The notes under the pieces: model-generated
What the model saw: only the letters and a program-made list of their open reading frames with translations
The model's database searches: none
What the model was told of the DNA's origin: nothing
In this document: positions 20,146 to 31,057 of the stretch, one piece after another
Layout of the letters: each line of letters opens with the position of its first letter
How positions within the stretch are numbered: position 1 is the stretch's first letter
Translations under genes and position numbers: made by a program
IMG/VR virus record: IMGVR_UViG_3300005826_000294
Coordinates: 122,330 to 186,329 of that record
DNA length: 64,000 bases
DNA from: a virus
Strand: one strand, 5' to 3'

Positions 20146-23100
20146 TTATAAGGTATAATTCACTCTCACTTGTAAAACATATATTGTACCAACAGTATTT
20201 TGTGGTATTAATCTTATCGCATGTACATCTTCATATTGCATTATATTATTTCCAGATGGAATTACAATTTCTTCTTGGATTCCATTACCTTGGGCATCTG
20301 AGGCAGCTCTAATTGGTATTGTTGTTTGTAAACTTCCAAATCCTCTACTTAGATTCCATTCTAATTGAAAATCCCCTTTAACTCCTGCAGATATATTATA
20401 ATAAACTTCAACATTATTGATTGTAGCACCAGCAGGAACTATTTCTGTACTAAAATAAAAATTTAAATTATAATAAGTAGCATCATATGTACTACTAGAA
20501 ACTACCCATCCTCCTCCATAAGTTATCCAACTCGAAAAACTACCACTTATAGCTGAATCTATTACGGCTGCACCATTTGGAAGAACTACATTATAAGTTT
20601 GTCCCTTATTCATATAATCTACATTTTTAGAACCACCATCTGTAATCATAGGCCCAGAAGAAGAAGTTGCAGTAAAATCATTATTTGTGATTAAACAATA
20701 ATATGATACAGACCCAAGTTCTAAAACAGCTTCAGTAGTATATGATACAGTTCCTCTAAATACATTATTATTTATTAAAGTATTTAGAGTAGAATTAATA
20801 TAAAGATGAGTTTTTGTATTACTTTCAGTAGTTATGAAGTTTCCAATCACTTGACTTCGACTTGATTGAAAATCGACTACTCTATTAGTTAATGATAATG
20901 ATGTAGAAATAATATTATTATTGACTAATTTAATATTTATATGAGTTGTATTATGACTCATACTAACTAATGTATAATTATCTGATGAAGTGAATGTATT
21001 ATTAGAAACAACTATATTTGGACAATTAAAGGTTTTTATTGGAGCACAGCAATTTATTATACTATTTTGAGAAACAATAGTCCCATCACAGTTTTCCATA
21101 TATATGCCTTGATCTGAAGAGTTTCCATAAAAATCTCTTACTTTATTTCCAACCATACTATCTTCAATATGATCACCTCCAGAAGTTCCTCCTCCACCAT
21201 CAAATACAATTGCTTGCTTCAACCCTATATTTGATCCACTATTTTTTAATATATTATAAGAAAGAATACAATCTTGACTAGTATTTGATATTAATATCCC
21301 TATTCCAGATGCAGAACTAGAATCCGTTATATTTATAATATTTTTATCTACCAATGTTTTATTAGGATCAATTAATTTTATAATTCCATCAGTTGCGGAT
21401 AAAGAAATATCTGAACTTGTAATTAAATTATTTTTTATTATAGAGTTTTCATCACTATTAAGAATTATTGCTGATACATATAGTTCATTAAATCCGCAAT
21501 CAGAAATTATATTATTACTTGTATTTGTTAAAGCTAAAATGCCTGTATTTATATTTGAAAAATAACAACCTTTAATTTGGCATTCTGTTAAAGTAAGAGC
21601 TTCTATCCCTATATTTGTAGAAACCACACTTGTATAAGAAATATTTGAATTTATAATAAATGAATTCTGTAAAATATTAGTTTTTATAGCCGATCCAGCA
21701 GATGTTGGCGATCCAAGATTAATCATACAATTATTCATATATAAATCTACAATTCCAGTTCCAGCAGAAATATACATAAAATAATTATCATTTGTAGAAG
21801 TTAATGTGCTTTGAGAATTATTAATATGTATAGTGTCAATACTAGTTGTAGAATAAAACACATAAGCATCGACTGAACCAATAGAAGTATCAAAATTAAA
21901 AATACAATTATTAATTATTGTATTAGTTAATGAAGTTGAATATACTATTCTTGAAAAACCTGATGAATTTCTAATATTCTCAAATAAACAATTTTCTAAT
22001 GTTAAATCTACAATGCTCGTTGTAGAATTTCCAATTATAGCAGATGTGCCCGCAGAACTATCCATTTCAATTTTTAAATCTCTAATACAAAGACCTGTAA
22101 TTGAAGTTCCACTTATTGGAGCAAATAAAGTAGTTCCAGAACCTATAATAAATATATTTGGACGAGTTATTATAGAACTACCACTTCTTACATCTCCAAG
22201 AATAGTAACTCCATCTGGAACATATAATGGACCATTAGAAAGATTATGAGTAATAGTCCCACGAACTCTCACTCTTCTTGAAGTTGTTCCACTATTATAA
22301 ATATAATAAAATGCTGATTGTAATGAAGAAAAAGATCCATTAATTTCTTCATCATCTGCTACTAAATCTATTTTATTATCAATATTATTTACAAATCTTC
22401 TCAAATCACGAATATCAGTAACCGTGTTTGAAGAATTAACATCTACTTGAGCTAAAATTACTTTATCCGAACTGTTAATTATTTCTAAAACAGATGGTGT
22501 GGTAAATCCAGAACCAACCTGATCATCCTTCATAAATTGTAAAATACCATCTCCATCTACAAAAATATTATAAGTAGAAATTAAGCCATCTTTTGGAATA
22601 TCTAAACCAGTAGTACTAACAGAATAAATATTTCCATCTACAAGAACCTGTCCACCTTCAACAATAAGACTTCCAGATACTTCAAATCCATAAATTACAC
22701 CATTTCCTCTTAAAAGTGATCTTGGATATGAAATATAATCTCTAGAAAAATCATTTCTTATATCTTTACGTCCTACTGTTCCAAGCAATCTTCGGTCAGA
22801 TAAATGTTTAAACCCGTTAGTATCATGAAGAACTTGTCCTACTTGAACATATTTATCTTCAGATGCTCTTTTATATATTGTAAGGTCTATTGCCTGATCT
22901 GTTGTTGTAGTTAAAAATCCATCATTAGCAATTTCTATATCAACATAATCTACATTATTGTAATCATATATTCTAAATCTATAACCAATAACATCAGAAG
23001 TTGGAAGAATGTATGTAGTTCCCGGATCTGTAACATCAACACTAGAAGCTGGAGATGTTACTGGAGTTCCCATCTTTACAACTTTATCTGAACCAACATT

Positions 23101-25026
23101 CTGAAAATTTATTCTTTTTGTCCCAACAGGAAAATCTCTCGACATTTCAATAATATTGAACCAGTTTTCTGGAGAAGCCGTAGAACCACCAGCCCCTATA
23201 TATTCAACTCGTACTACCCCACGCAACTCCCCGTAATCTTGATCATAACCATCCATAAATAATTCATATAATGTATGAATACCAGTATTCGTAGAAACAC
23301 TAAAAGAATCAGAATAAATTTCAACAGATACATTTGTAGCGGTAGAAAATCCTGAATGACTACCAATGGTTATCGAATTCGATGTTGAAGAGTTAAATAC
23401 ATATGTTCCAGCATCTGGATGATTCTTAATTCTAACAACTCCTGTTTGATCAACTCCAAAAGCAGTTAGATCTTGATCAATATTTTTAATTAATTTAGAA
23501 GTATCTGTAACACCAGAAGCACTAACAATTTTTCGTATTCCATAAAAATTATATCCATCAATATAAAATCTTCTAGGACCAACACTATAATCAGATTCAT
23601 TTCCTACGAAGCCTAATGCTTCCCAAGCACTTTCAGATGGCGTAGAAACATCACGAAACTCAACATATCCATCTGGTTCATCAAAAGCAATTCCTATTTC
23701 TCCCTTATGTGTAAATGCTATGAGAGGATAGTTATAAGTATCACTTTTAAAAATTTTATTTAAAGCAATAGAAAGACCTTCTGGAGTCCAAATGCTGGGA
23801 GTTGAGTTTATAACAGGATATGTTTGAAGTGCTTGATATGCATCTATATCTATTGTTTCTCCTGTTGCCCAAGCAATTTTGATATATTTACTAGTACTTG
23901 TTATTTTTCTTGTGTCTAATCCATTACTAAGTAAATAAGGAGCACTTGGATGGATAAGTTGAAGTAAAGATCCTCCAAGATTTCCAGGAATTGTATCATG
24001 ACGTATTGCTAATTTTAGCATACTGGGTTCTGTAGTTTCTTCAATATTCCTATAAATAGTAGCTGTGGGACTTACACCACTTATAGGAATAGCTCTAAAA
24101 AAATAAACTATTCCAGTAGAAGCATTTACATTATCGATATTTCTTGTATAAGTCTCTGTTCCAATAACAATATCTATTCTATCTCCTCTTAAAACTTGAG
24201 CTAAATCAGAAGGAACCGAGGTAAATGCTACATTTTTATCACCAGCAGATATATTATTAATGGCTGATGATGAAATAATAGTTACCCCATGGTTAGTAGA
24301 ACCATAAAATGTTTTTTGAGTATTTAAAATACCATTACTATGTTGTTCATCTTGATGTATGGTTAAAGTTGTAACTCCAAGAGCATCGAGTTTTTCAATA
24401 GCCGTTTGAACTTCATCAGCATTTATGAATGTATCTGTATCATCAAAAGAAATAGCACTCGCATTATGAGCATCAATAGGGTCAGATATATGATCAACAA
24501 TTCTTGTATCAAGGTCATTAATTATGCCTTGTAAATTATAATTAACATATGTTCCTAAATATCCATCTATATCACTTGTGCGATGACGACTAAAAGTTGA
24601 AGGATGTGCTACATGTCTTGCGAGATTAGTAATATCTCCCTGAACTACTTTATTAAGAGCATCATGCTCTACACGTAAGGCCCCAATTAATTCTCTTAAT
24701 ATTTTTGTAGAATAGTTTAAATCTAATTTTGATTCTGTAATACCAGCATTATTACCAACCATACTATCTGTAATTGGTAAAGTAACTAAACCAATAGTAG
24801 AAAGAGCAGATGCTTTAATAGTTCCATCAACATTTAAAGATTGATTAAGTCTTGAAGCAACATCTGTATTAGAACCATGTGGGTTTATTCCCAAAGTTTG
24901 CTCAATGTTAAAAACTGCACTACGTATACCATTAATGGCGTCTCCGCCTATCTCAACGATATTATCATCTATTCTAATTAAAGTTACATCATCGTCAAGT
25001 TCATTAGGATATTTGCTATCAACCAT
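20146..25026 (-). CDS. Large virion fibre/tailspike-like protein with C-terminal right-handed beta-helix
   Basis: Asn/Ile/Ser ladder repeats (IINNCIFN, IIKNNLI, ILSYNIL, IVSQNSI, VVSNNTF); N-terminus homologous to that of 26140..30174. Confidence 0.7.
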   Translation of the reverse strand: MVDSKYPNELDDDVTLIRIDDNIVEIGGDAINGIRSAVFNIEQTLGINPHGSNTDVASRLNQSLNVDGTIKASALSTIGLVTLPITDSMVGNNAGITESKLDLNYSTKILRELIGALRVEHDALNKVVQGDITNLARHVAHPSTFSRHRTSDIDGYLGTYVNYNLQGIINDLDTRIVDHISDPIDAHNASAISFDDTDTFINADEVQTAIEKLDALGVTTLTIHQDEQHSNGILNTQKTFYGSTNHGVTIISSSAINNISAGDKNVAFTSVPSDLAQVLRGDRIDIVIGTETYTRNIDNVNASTGIVYFFRAIPISGVSPTATIYRNIEETTEPSMLKLAIRHDTIPGNLGGSLLQLIHPSAPYLLSNGLDTRKITSTSKYIKIAWATGETIDIDAYQALQTYPVINSTPSIWTPEGLSIALNKIFKSDTYNYPLIAFTHKGEIGIAFDEPDGYVEFRDVSTPSESAWEALGFVGNESDYSVGPRRFYIDGYNFYGIRKIVSASGVTDTSKLIKNIDQDLTAFGVDQTGVVRIKNHPDAGTYVFNSSTSNSITIGSHSGFSTATNVSVEIYSDSFSVSTNTGIHTLYELFMDGYDQDYGELRGVVRVEYIGAGGSTASPENWFNIIEMSRDFPVGTKRINFQNVGSDKVVKMGTPVTSPASSVDVTDPGTTYILPTSDVIGYRFRIYDYNNVDYVDIEIANDGFLTTTTDQAIDLTIYKRASEDKYVQVGQVLHDTNGFKHLSDRRLLGTVGRKDIRNDFSRDYISYPRSLLRGNGVIYGFEVSGSLIVEGGQVLVDGNIYSVSTTGLDIPKDGLISTYNIFVDGDGILQFMKDDQVGSGFTTPSVLEIINSSDKVILAQVDVNSSNTVTDIRDLRRFVNNIDNKIDLVADDEEINGSFSSLQSAFYYIYNSGTTSRRVRVRGTITHNLSNGPLYVPDGVTILGDVRSGSSIITRPNIFIIGSGTTLFAPISGTSITGLCIRDLKIEMDSSAGTSAIIGNSTTSIVDLTLENCLFENIRNSSGFSRIVYSTSLTNTIINNCIFNFDTSIGSVDAYVFYSTTSIDTIHINNSQSTLTSTNDNYFMYISAGTGIVDLYMNNCMINLGSPTSAGSAIKTNILQNSFIINSNISYTSVVSTNIGIEALTLTECQIKGCYFSNINTGILALTNTSNNIISDCGFNELYVSAIILNSDENSIIKNNLITSSDISLSATDGIIKLIDPNKTLVDKNIINITDSSSASGIGILISNTSQDCILSYNILKNSGSNIGLKQAIVFDGGGGTSGGDHIEDSMVGNKVRDFYGNSSDQGIYMENCDGTIVSQNSIINCCAPIKTFNCPNIVVSNNTFTSSDNYTLVSMSHNTTHINIKLVNNNIISTSLSLTNRVVDFQSSRSQVIGNFITTESNTKTHLYINSTLNTLINNNVFRGTVSYTTEAVLELGSVSYYCLITNNDFTATSSSGPMITDGGSKNVDYMNKGQTYNVVLPNGAAVIDSAISGSFSSWITYGGGWVVSSSTYDATYYNLNFYFSTEIVPAGATINNVEVYYNISAGVKGDFQLEWNLSRGFGSLQTTIPIRAASDAQGNGIQEEIVIPSGNNIMQYEDVHAIRLIPQNTVGTIYVLQVRVNYTL

Positions 25027-25044
25027 AAGGTTTCCTCCGGAAAA

Positions 25045-25365
25045 TTATGCTTCTCCATTTTCGTTTTTCTCTATTTTTGTTTCAGTTATTGTCTCAGATT
25101 TTTTATCTGTCTTTTTTCCAACACTTATAATCTCATCTTTTAAAACATGTTTCTGTAAAACATTAGCCCCAAAATATGCTGAAATAATAAGTGTTATTAA
25201 AGAAACGTATTCTACTCCAGAAAGAATAAATAATGGAGTAGGGGCTTTAAAAACCCACGCACTTAAAAGTGGCGGAATGAAAGTTCCGATAGTAGATATT
25301 GAAAGAACTAATAACACAAGAACCCATTTTCTAGAACGAACTTTTTTATCTACATCTTCAACCAT
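25045..25365 (-). CDS. Small two-TM membrane protein, holin-like
   Basis: Two hydrophobic segments (WVLVLLVLSISTIGTFI; YVSLITLIISAYFGANV) and a charged C-terminal tail. Confidence 0.45.
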   Translation of the reverse strand: MVEDVDKKVRSRKWVLVLLVLSISTIGTFIPPLLSAWVFKAPTPLFILSGVEYVSLITLIISAYFGANVLQKHVLKDEIISVGKKTDKKSETITETKIEKNENGEA

Positions 25366-25690
25366 CTTTTTCTCCAGACTTAATTTTTTTCATTAAAGTT
25401 TCTTTTAAACTTGCTATATCACCATACGGCATTGAAGGCATGGACCCAAATTGAGGCATCATGTTTTGAGATGATAAACTCTTCTGTACTTGAGCTATAG
25501 CTTGTTTTCTCATTTCTTCAACCTGATCCATCATCTCTTGTCTTTGATTTTCAATACTTTCTTTTACATAAGATTTTGTATTAGGAACTTCTTCACCTAA
25601 TAATTTATATAGTTGTGGTAATCTTTTATTTAAAATAACTGAAACTTTTTCAAAATCCTTAACAATTTCTCTTAATAATTCCTTATCCAT
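25358..25690 (-). CDS. Hypothetical helical protein
   Basis: ORF with AGGAG RBS, in operon. Confidence 0.55.
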   Translation of the reverse strand: MDKELLREIVKDFEKVSVILNKRLPQLYKLLGEEVPNTKSYVKESIENQRQEMMDQVEEMRKQAIAQVQKSLSSQNMMPQFGSMPSMPYGDIASLKETLMKKIKSGEKDG

Positions 25691-25698
25691 TTCTGCTC

Positions 25699-26130
25699 CT
25701 ATTCAGCATTATGTAATGCTTCTAAAAGTGATGTATAAAATGAAACAGATTGAGTAAATTTTTCATATTTTTGTAAATATTTTTCTGCTTCTTTCTCATC
25801 GGATTGTAATAAAGAGTTATACATATTTAAAGCATTTTCTGCTAAAATATTAGCTTTTTCCTTATTCATATAATAAATTGCTGTATTATTCGGAGTAACA
25901 AAATCATTATTCTCATATCCATCAATTATAGTGATTATATCATATCCATCAAATCTATATGATTGATCATTAATATGTTCATAAATAAATGGAGGAAACT
26001 CTCTACCATCTAAAAGTTTTACTGTTTGATTATTTTTAATTTCTTCATTATTTAATTCTGCTACTCCACTATCAAATTCTTCTTCTGAAATTTTCGTATA
26101 CATTTTTTTTATTTGAAACTCTATACTCAT
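25699..26130 (-). CDS. Hypothetical protein (two DGY motifs)
   Basis: ORF with AAGGTG RBS, in operon. Confidence 0.55.
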   Translation of the reverse strand: MSIEFQIKKMYTKISEEEFDSGVAELNNEEIKNNQTVKLLDGREFPPFIYEHINDQSYRFDGYDIITIIDGYENNDFVTPNNTAIYYMNKEKANILAENALNMYNSLLQSDEKEAEKYLQKYEKFTQSVSFYTSLLEALHNAE

Positions 26131-26139
26131 TTTATCACC

Positions 26140-29100
26140 TTATGAAGCATAACCATTATCATCTCCCAGTCGTGGTAAAGCACCAAATCCTCCAGGATTT
26201 GCCCCGCCCTTCGCAATATTAGCATCAATAACATAATTTGTTGCGGATGTATAATCAATTCCCATTATAGAACCACTATTAGAAACTCTATTTCCAACAC
26301 ATAATACTTCTACACTTGACTTCATACTAATAGATGAATCAGCTCCAACACCATAAATTCTGTTTCCAACACAAATTCCACGCTCTCCATAATCTAAATT
26401 AATACCAATAGTGCTTGAATTTGTGGGACTATTGACGCTATTTCCAACACAAACCCAATCATCAACGTAAGTTAAATCAATTTGAGAGACACCATTTCCA
26501 CCACATCTTGTTAAATAATTACCACAAATAGTAATTTCATTAGAATATATAACTATTCCTTGAAAAATAGAATCTCGTATCCAATTACCAGAAATTAAAC
26601 ATCCTGCAGAATTTGTATCAATATATAAACCATTAAAAGAAGGAGAAAAAATCCAATTTGAAGATATTAAAGTACCTCCACTAGTTCCACTTAATATTAT
26701 TCCACTATAAGATGGGTCATATATATAATTTCCAGTTATATTACAGAATACACTATTATATATTTCTATTCCAGTAGCTCCAACACTATAAATCATATTT
26801 CCTTGAATTAACAAGTTGCTTGCCCCTGAAGCACCTTTTATTCCATAGTTTAAAGATTGTAAAATTGAATTACCAGAAATTGTACTGAAATCTCCACTAC
26901 TAGTTAAATATATAGAAGAATTAGATGAACCTTGAATTATATTATTATTACAAATAACATAACTACCATCAATTTCAATTCCATAATAATTAGCATTTTT
27001 AATAAAATTTCCTGAAACAATTGACCTACTTCCAATATCTTTTATTCCATGATAACCAGAAGTGCCTGTTTGATCTGTTATCATAAAATTATTCAAAATT
27101 ATTGAGTCAGTACTTCCATTCATATGAATTGGAGATTTATTAACAAAAGAATATGTGCCTACAATCAAATTATCAGCAATTGTATAAAAAGAACCTGCTC
27201 CTATATATATACCATAATCTAAATTAGAACGAGGAGTATCAATTACATTACCACTTATTAATGTTTTTTTACTAGAAGTTGAAGTAGAAATTCCATATGA
27301 ATTCGCTTCTCCTCCATATTGTATAATTACATTATTATTTACATTACAACTATCTCCAACTTCAAAAATACCATGACTTGAATTTGATGTTCCTTGCATA
27401 ATATTATTCGAACATAATACTTGAGAAGTTCCATTAAAATGAAAACCTATTTTTGGACAACCAAACAATATATTTCCAATAGCACTAATTCTTGACCATC
27501 CATTAGGAGTATAAAATGCCCCATTAGTACCACTATAAAGATTTGACATTATGTTTCCAGAAATCAAAACATTATAATTAGAGAAACTAACAACCGAAAG
27601 TTCAATTCCATATCCACCAGCACCATAGTTAGCAATATAATTATTTGATATAATTGAAGAAGAACCGACTCCAGAAATTCCAGAAGAACCAGAGCCTATA
27701 ACTGATTGTAACCAGTTATTAGTTATTATAGATCCAGCACAATCAGTAACTTTAATTCCCCAACCCTGACAACTTATTAAACGATTATCTGAAATAGTAA
27801 TTCTATCTCCTGTAGTAGATTGAATTCCAGCAGAATTATAACTATTAATAGTGTTTCCAACAACAATACTATCATCACCTATATAATCTATTCCAACAGA
27901 TGAGTTAGAGTTTCCAAGTAATACATTTCCAGATATTGTAATACCAGAATTATTATTAACTTGAATTCCTGTTCCAGCAACACCATTAATTGTATTATTT
28001 GCTATTACTCCAATTGAAGATGTTGCCATTTCTATTGCTGATGTAGTAGTTGTGATACTTGGATTACCATAAATTTGATTTCCAATAGCATGACTACAAT
28101 TTTCGATCGCATAGATTCCAGGTGCTGTTATTTTGTTTCCAACAACCCAAGTTTCGGCTCCACGTCCTTTAATAGCAATCATTGTTGATGGTGGAGTTCC
28201 AACACTATAATAATTATCAATGAAATTTCCATAAATTGAAATAAAAGCTCCACTTCCTGTTCCAGCTCTACAATTTATTCCATAATTAGAAATACCCTTA
28301 ATTGTATTATCTGAAATTACACATCCATTATCTTGTCCAGAAGCATTATTCCAAATAGCAATTCCATTTAACATAACAGTTGTTGAAGATTGAAATCCAA
28401 GAATTAAATTACCATCAATTCTACATTGGGTTGGATAAGCAAGAAGTATCCCAGTATTAAATCCACCTTTAATAATATTATCTCCAATTGTACAATATTG
28501 TGATGCTTTAATTCCAGAATATGAAGTAGCACTAAAAATATCTTGATAAATAATATTTCCAACAATTACAGAATTCTTTAAAACTTGAGCATATTTATTA
28601 GATGTTTGATATTCTATTCCTCCCAATTCTACTTCTACAATATTTTCAGAAAAAACAGAATTAGAAACAGTTGTTGAACCTCCTGAACTACCTAATCTCA
28701 AAAAATAAGGACAAGCAGTAGATCCAGCTTTTGTTAATTTACAATTAGTAATTGATAAATTAATAATATTTGTACTATTCCCAACAACAGCGAGACATAA
28801 CTTTGTTCCTGATACTCCAAGATTTGATTCTAAAGTTATGTCTGTTAAAGTAATATTATCTGCTAATACATCAAATAACTTATAATCTTGATTTGTTGTA
28901 ATCTTTCTTCCGCATCCATCAATTTCTATTCCTTCTAAAGTTAATGCTATTTCCATTTCTGAACTAGAAGTGATAGATATATCACTAGATAATAGGATCT
29001 TCATTGGCGGAATTAATTCATTTCCATTATTTATTATTTTAACATATTCAATAGCAGATTTTAATGAAGTAAAATCACAACCATATCCATCTTTTCCAGA

Positions 29101-30174
29101 AATAGGTTTATTACCAACACTTATGTAATTCTTATCATTTACAAAAACTCCGTATCTTCTTATATCTATGCTTGTCGTCCAAGTAGCACCAGATCTTATT
29201 ATTTTATGAAGAAGAACTACTGGATTTTCTGGTCGTGTTGGAATTGAAGTGGAAATATTAGCAGAAGCAACTCCACTAGATACTTCCATATATACATAAG
29301 AAGTAGTACCATCTGGAACTACAACACTTCCACCGCTATATTTTAATATACGACCATTAGCGGAAACAAAACCAGAAGAAACATTTGCTGTTCCACCTGA
29401 TCCTGAAACTGCTAGTCCTTCAACCACAAAAGCATTAAAAGCTTTGTCTCTAAAACTAGCACCTTCATCCAAAAAGTTACCAGCTTCTATTAATTGACTT
29501 TGAACATCTGTACCAGAAAATGTATATCTAGTCCCAGTAGAAGTTGAAAAACCTGTCGTTCCAACTAGTCCAGAACCTGTTGAATTTCCAAAAGCATCAA
29601 TAAGATTTAATAAAGATATTAATTGTGCTTTTAAAGTTCCAGAAGATACAGAAAAATTTGTTCCACTAATAGAAGCACCACTTATTTTTTGTGTTCCAGT
29701 GGTTCCACCACCAAGTTGTGATACTATTTCAGTTATTGCGTTCCTAATTAAAGATAATGAAATAGAGGCTCCGTCAGCAAATGTAGAAGATCCGCTTCCA
29801 CCATACATTATAGCATCATTAAGAAACTCAAGAATACTGGATACCTGATCTGCTAAAGGACCTGCAACTAAACTATAAGGAGGCGTATCTAATGATGTTG
29901 GAAGAACCCCAGTCCTTACAGGACTCATAATAACATCATCAAAGTGTCTAGGAGGGTTTCCAAGAACATGGGCTTCTATATTACTATATGCGTCATTTAA
30001 TCGTGCGACCACAGTTCCAAATGGACCTTGGGGATTAACACCAAGTGTTCTCTCAATTGCTAGAATAGCACTTCTTAAATCATTGTGGTCTCCAGCAACT
30101 ATCTCTGAACGTTTATCAACAGCGACTCTGATCTCTGCGTAACCATCAACAGAGGTGGGGTATTTTGTAGCCAT
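26140..30174 (-). CDS. Large tailspike-like protein with a long right-handed beta-helix (pectin-lyase-like fold)
   Basis: Dozens of GIxx...IxxNxI repeats over about 900 aa; start placed at ATG 30174 (MATKYP) after AGGAG. Confidence 0.75.
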   Translation of the reverse strand: MATKYPTSVDGYAEIRVAVDKRSEIVAGDHNDLRSAILAIERTLGVNPQGPFGTVVARLNDAYSNIEAHVLGNPPRHFDDVIMSPVRTGVLPTSLDTPPYSLVAGPLADQVSSILEFLNDAIMYGGSGSSTFADGASISLSLIRNAITEIVSQLGGGTTGTQKISGASISGTNFSVSSGTLKAQLISLLNLIDAFGNSTGSGLVGTTGFSTSTGTRYTFSGTDVQSQLIEAGNFLDEGASFRDKAFNAFVVEGLAVSGSGGTANVSSGFVSANGRILKYSGGSVVVPDGTTSYVYMEVSSGVASANISTSIPTRPENPVVLLHKIIRSGATWTTSIDIRRYGVFVNDKNYISVGNKPISGKDGYGCDFTSLKSAIEYVKIINNGNELIPPMKILLSSDISITSSSEMEIALTLEGIEIDGCGRKITTNQDYKLFDVLADNITLTDITLESNLGVSGTKLCLAVVGNSTNIINLSITNCKLTKAGSTACPYFLRLGSSGGSTTVSNSVFSENIVEVELGGIEYQTSNKYAQVLKNSVIVGNIIYQDIFSATSYSGIKASQYCTIGDNIIKGGFNTGILLAYPTQCRIDGNLILGFQSSTTVMLNGIAIWNNASGQDNGCVISDNTIKGISNYGINCRAGTGSGAFISIYGNFIDNYYSVGTPPSTMIAIKGRGAETWVVGNKITAPGIYAIENCSHAIGNQIYGNPSITTTTSAIEMATSSIGVIANNTINGVAGTGIQVNNNSGITISGNVLLGNSNSSVGIDYIGDDSIVVGNTINSYNSAGIQSTTGDRITISDNRLISCQGWGIKVTDCAGSIITNNWLQSVIGSGSSGISGVGSSSIISNNYIANYGAGGYGIELSVVSFSNYNVLISGNIMSNLYSGTNGAFYTPNGWSRISAIGNILFGCPKIGFHFNGTSQVLCSNNIMQGTSNSSHGIFEVGDSCNVNNNVIIQYGGEANSYGISTSTSSKKTLISGNVIDTPRSNLDYGIYIGAGSFYTIADNLIVGTYSFVNKSPIHMNGSTDSIILNNFMITDQTGTSGYHGIKDIGSRSIVSGNFIKNANYYGIEIDGSYVICNNNIIQGSSNSSIYLTSSGDFSTISGNSILQSLNYGIKGASGASNLLIQGNMIYSVGATGIEIYNSVFCNITGNYIYDPSYSGIILSGTSGGTLISSNWIFSPSFNGLYIDTNSAGCLISGNWIRDSIFQGIVIYSNEITICGNYLTRCGGNGVSQIDLTYVDDWVCVGNSVNSPTNSSTIGINLDYGERGICVGNRIYGVGADSSISMKSSVEVLCVGNRVSNSGSIMGIDYTSATNYVIDANIAKGGANPGGFGALPRLGDDNGYAS

Positions 30175-30175
30175 A

Positions 30176-31057
30176 CTAAACAAACTCTCCTAAATATTTA
30201 TTTTTTGCTATATTATATTTTCTATCAAGCCTAGTTTTAAAAACTGAATCTTTATATAACCATTCTAAAATTCTTTTGGTTTGTATTCTTCCTCCAAATG
30301 ATATTTCACATATATTTTTATAAGCACATATTTTAGTTTTATTTGAAAAACAATATTTATTAAGGTTTTTACTAACCCAACTTAACATTTCTTTTGTTCC
30401 CGCAAATCCTATTTTATATTCTGTTTTACAAATATAACCATCGCCATCTAAATATCCTCTTATAAAATTTCTTATATTACTTTCATTATATAATACTGGA
30501 GGTTTTAAGGTTAAAGATTTTTTTTCAGTTATATTGAAATTTTTATATAAATTAGAACAAATTTCTTCAGACCCAAACACAACTCCAATTTGATTTTTAT
30601 ATGAATATAACTTATTATTAAAATTTATAGCATTAGCAAATTTATTTATAGCATCTATATCACATTTTTTTAAAGTAAAACTTAATTTTGTTTTTAATAC
30701 ACAACCATCAGACGCTATAAAACCGCCCCAATATGAATTTTCATTATTAATAAAATTAAAAAAATTATGATTAATAAATGGATTTCTCATAATTTCAGAC
30801 GCTGTTTTTCCAATTCCCAATTTTTTTATTCTATATGAAATAGAACTATAACTTATATCATATTTTTTAGAAATCTCTTTTACATTCATACCTTTTAAAT
30901 ATTCTTTTTTTATAATATTATCACTCAGATTTAAACGTCTAGTTAAAATTATTCCCTGATATTTTAATTCTTTTCTTATTTTATACTTACTAATTCCTAA
31001 TAATTTATGTATTTCAGATATTGTTTTACCAGATTTATATAATTGTATTATATTCAT
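30176..31057 (-). CDS. Free-standing LAGLIDADG homing endonuclease with HTH repeats
   Basis: YWGGFIASDG and FIRGYLDGDG, LDRKY. Confidence 0.85.
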   Translation of the reverse strand: MNIIQLYKSGKTISEIHKLLGISKYKIRKELKYQGIILTRRLNLSDNIIKKEYLKGMNVKEISKKYDISYSSISYRIKKLGIGKTASEIMRNPFINHNFFNFINNENSYWGGFIASDGCVLKTKLSFTLKKCDIDAINKFANAINFNNKLYSYKNQIGVVFGSEEICSNLYKNFNITEKKSLTLKPPVLYNESNIRNFIRGYLDGDGYICKTEYKIGFAGTKEMLSWVSKNLNKYCFSNKTKICAYKNICEISFGGRIQTKRILEWLYKDSVFKTRLDRKYNIAKNKYLGEFV

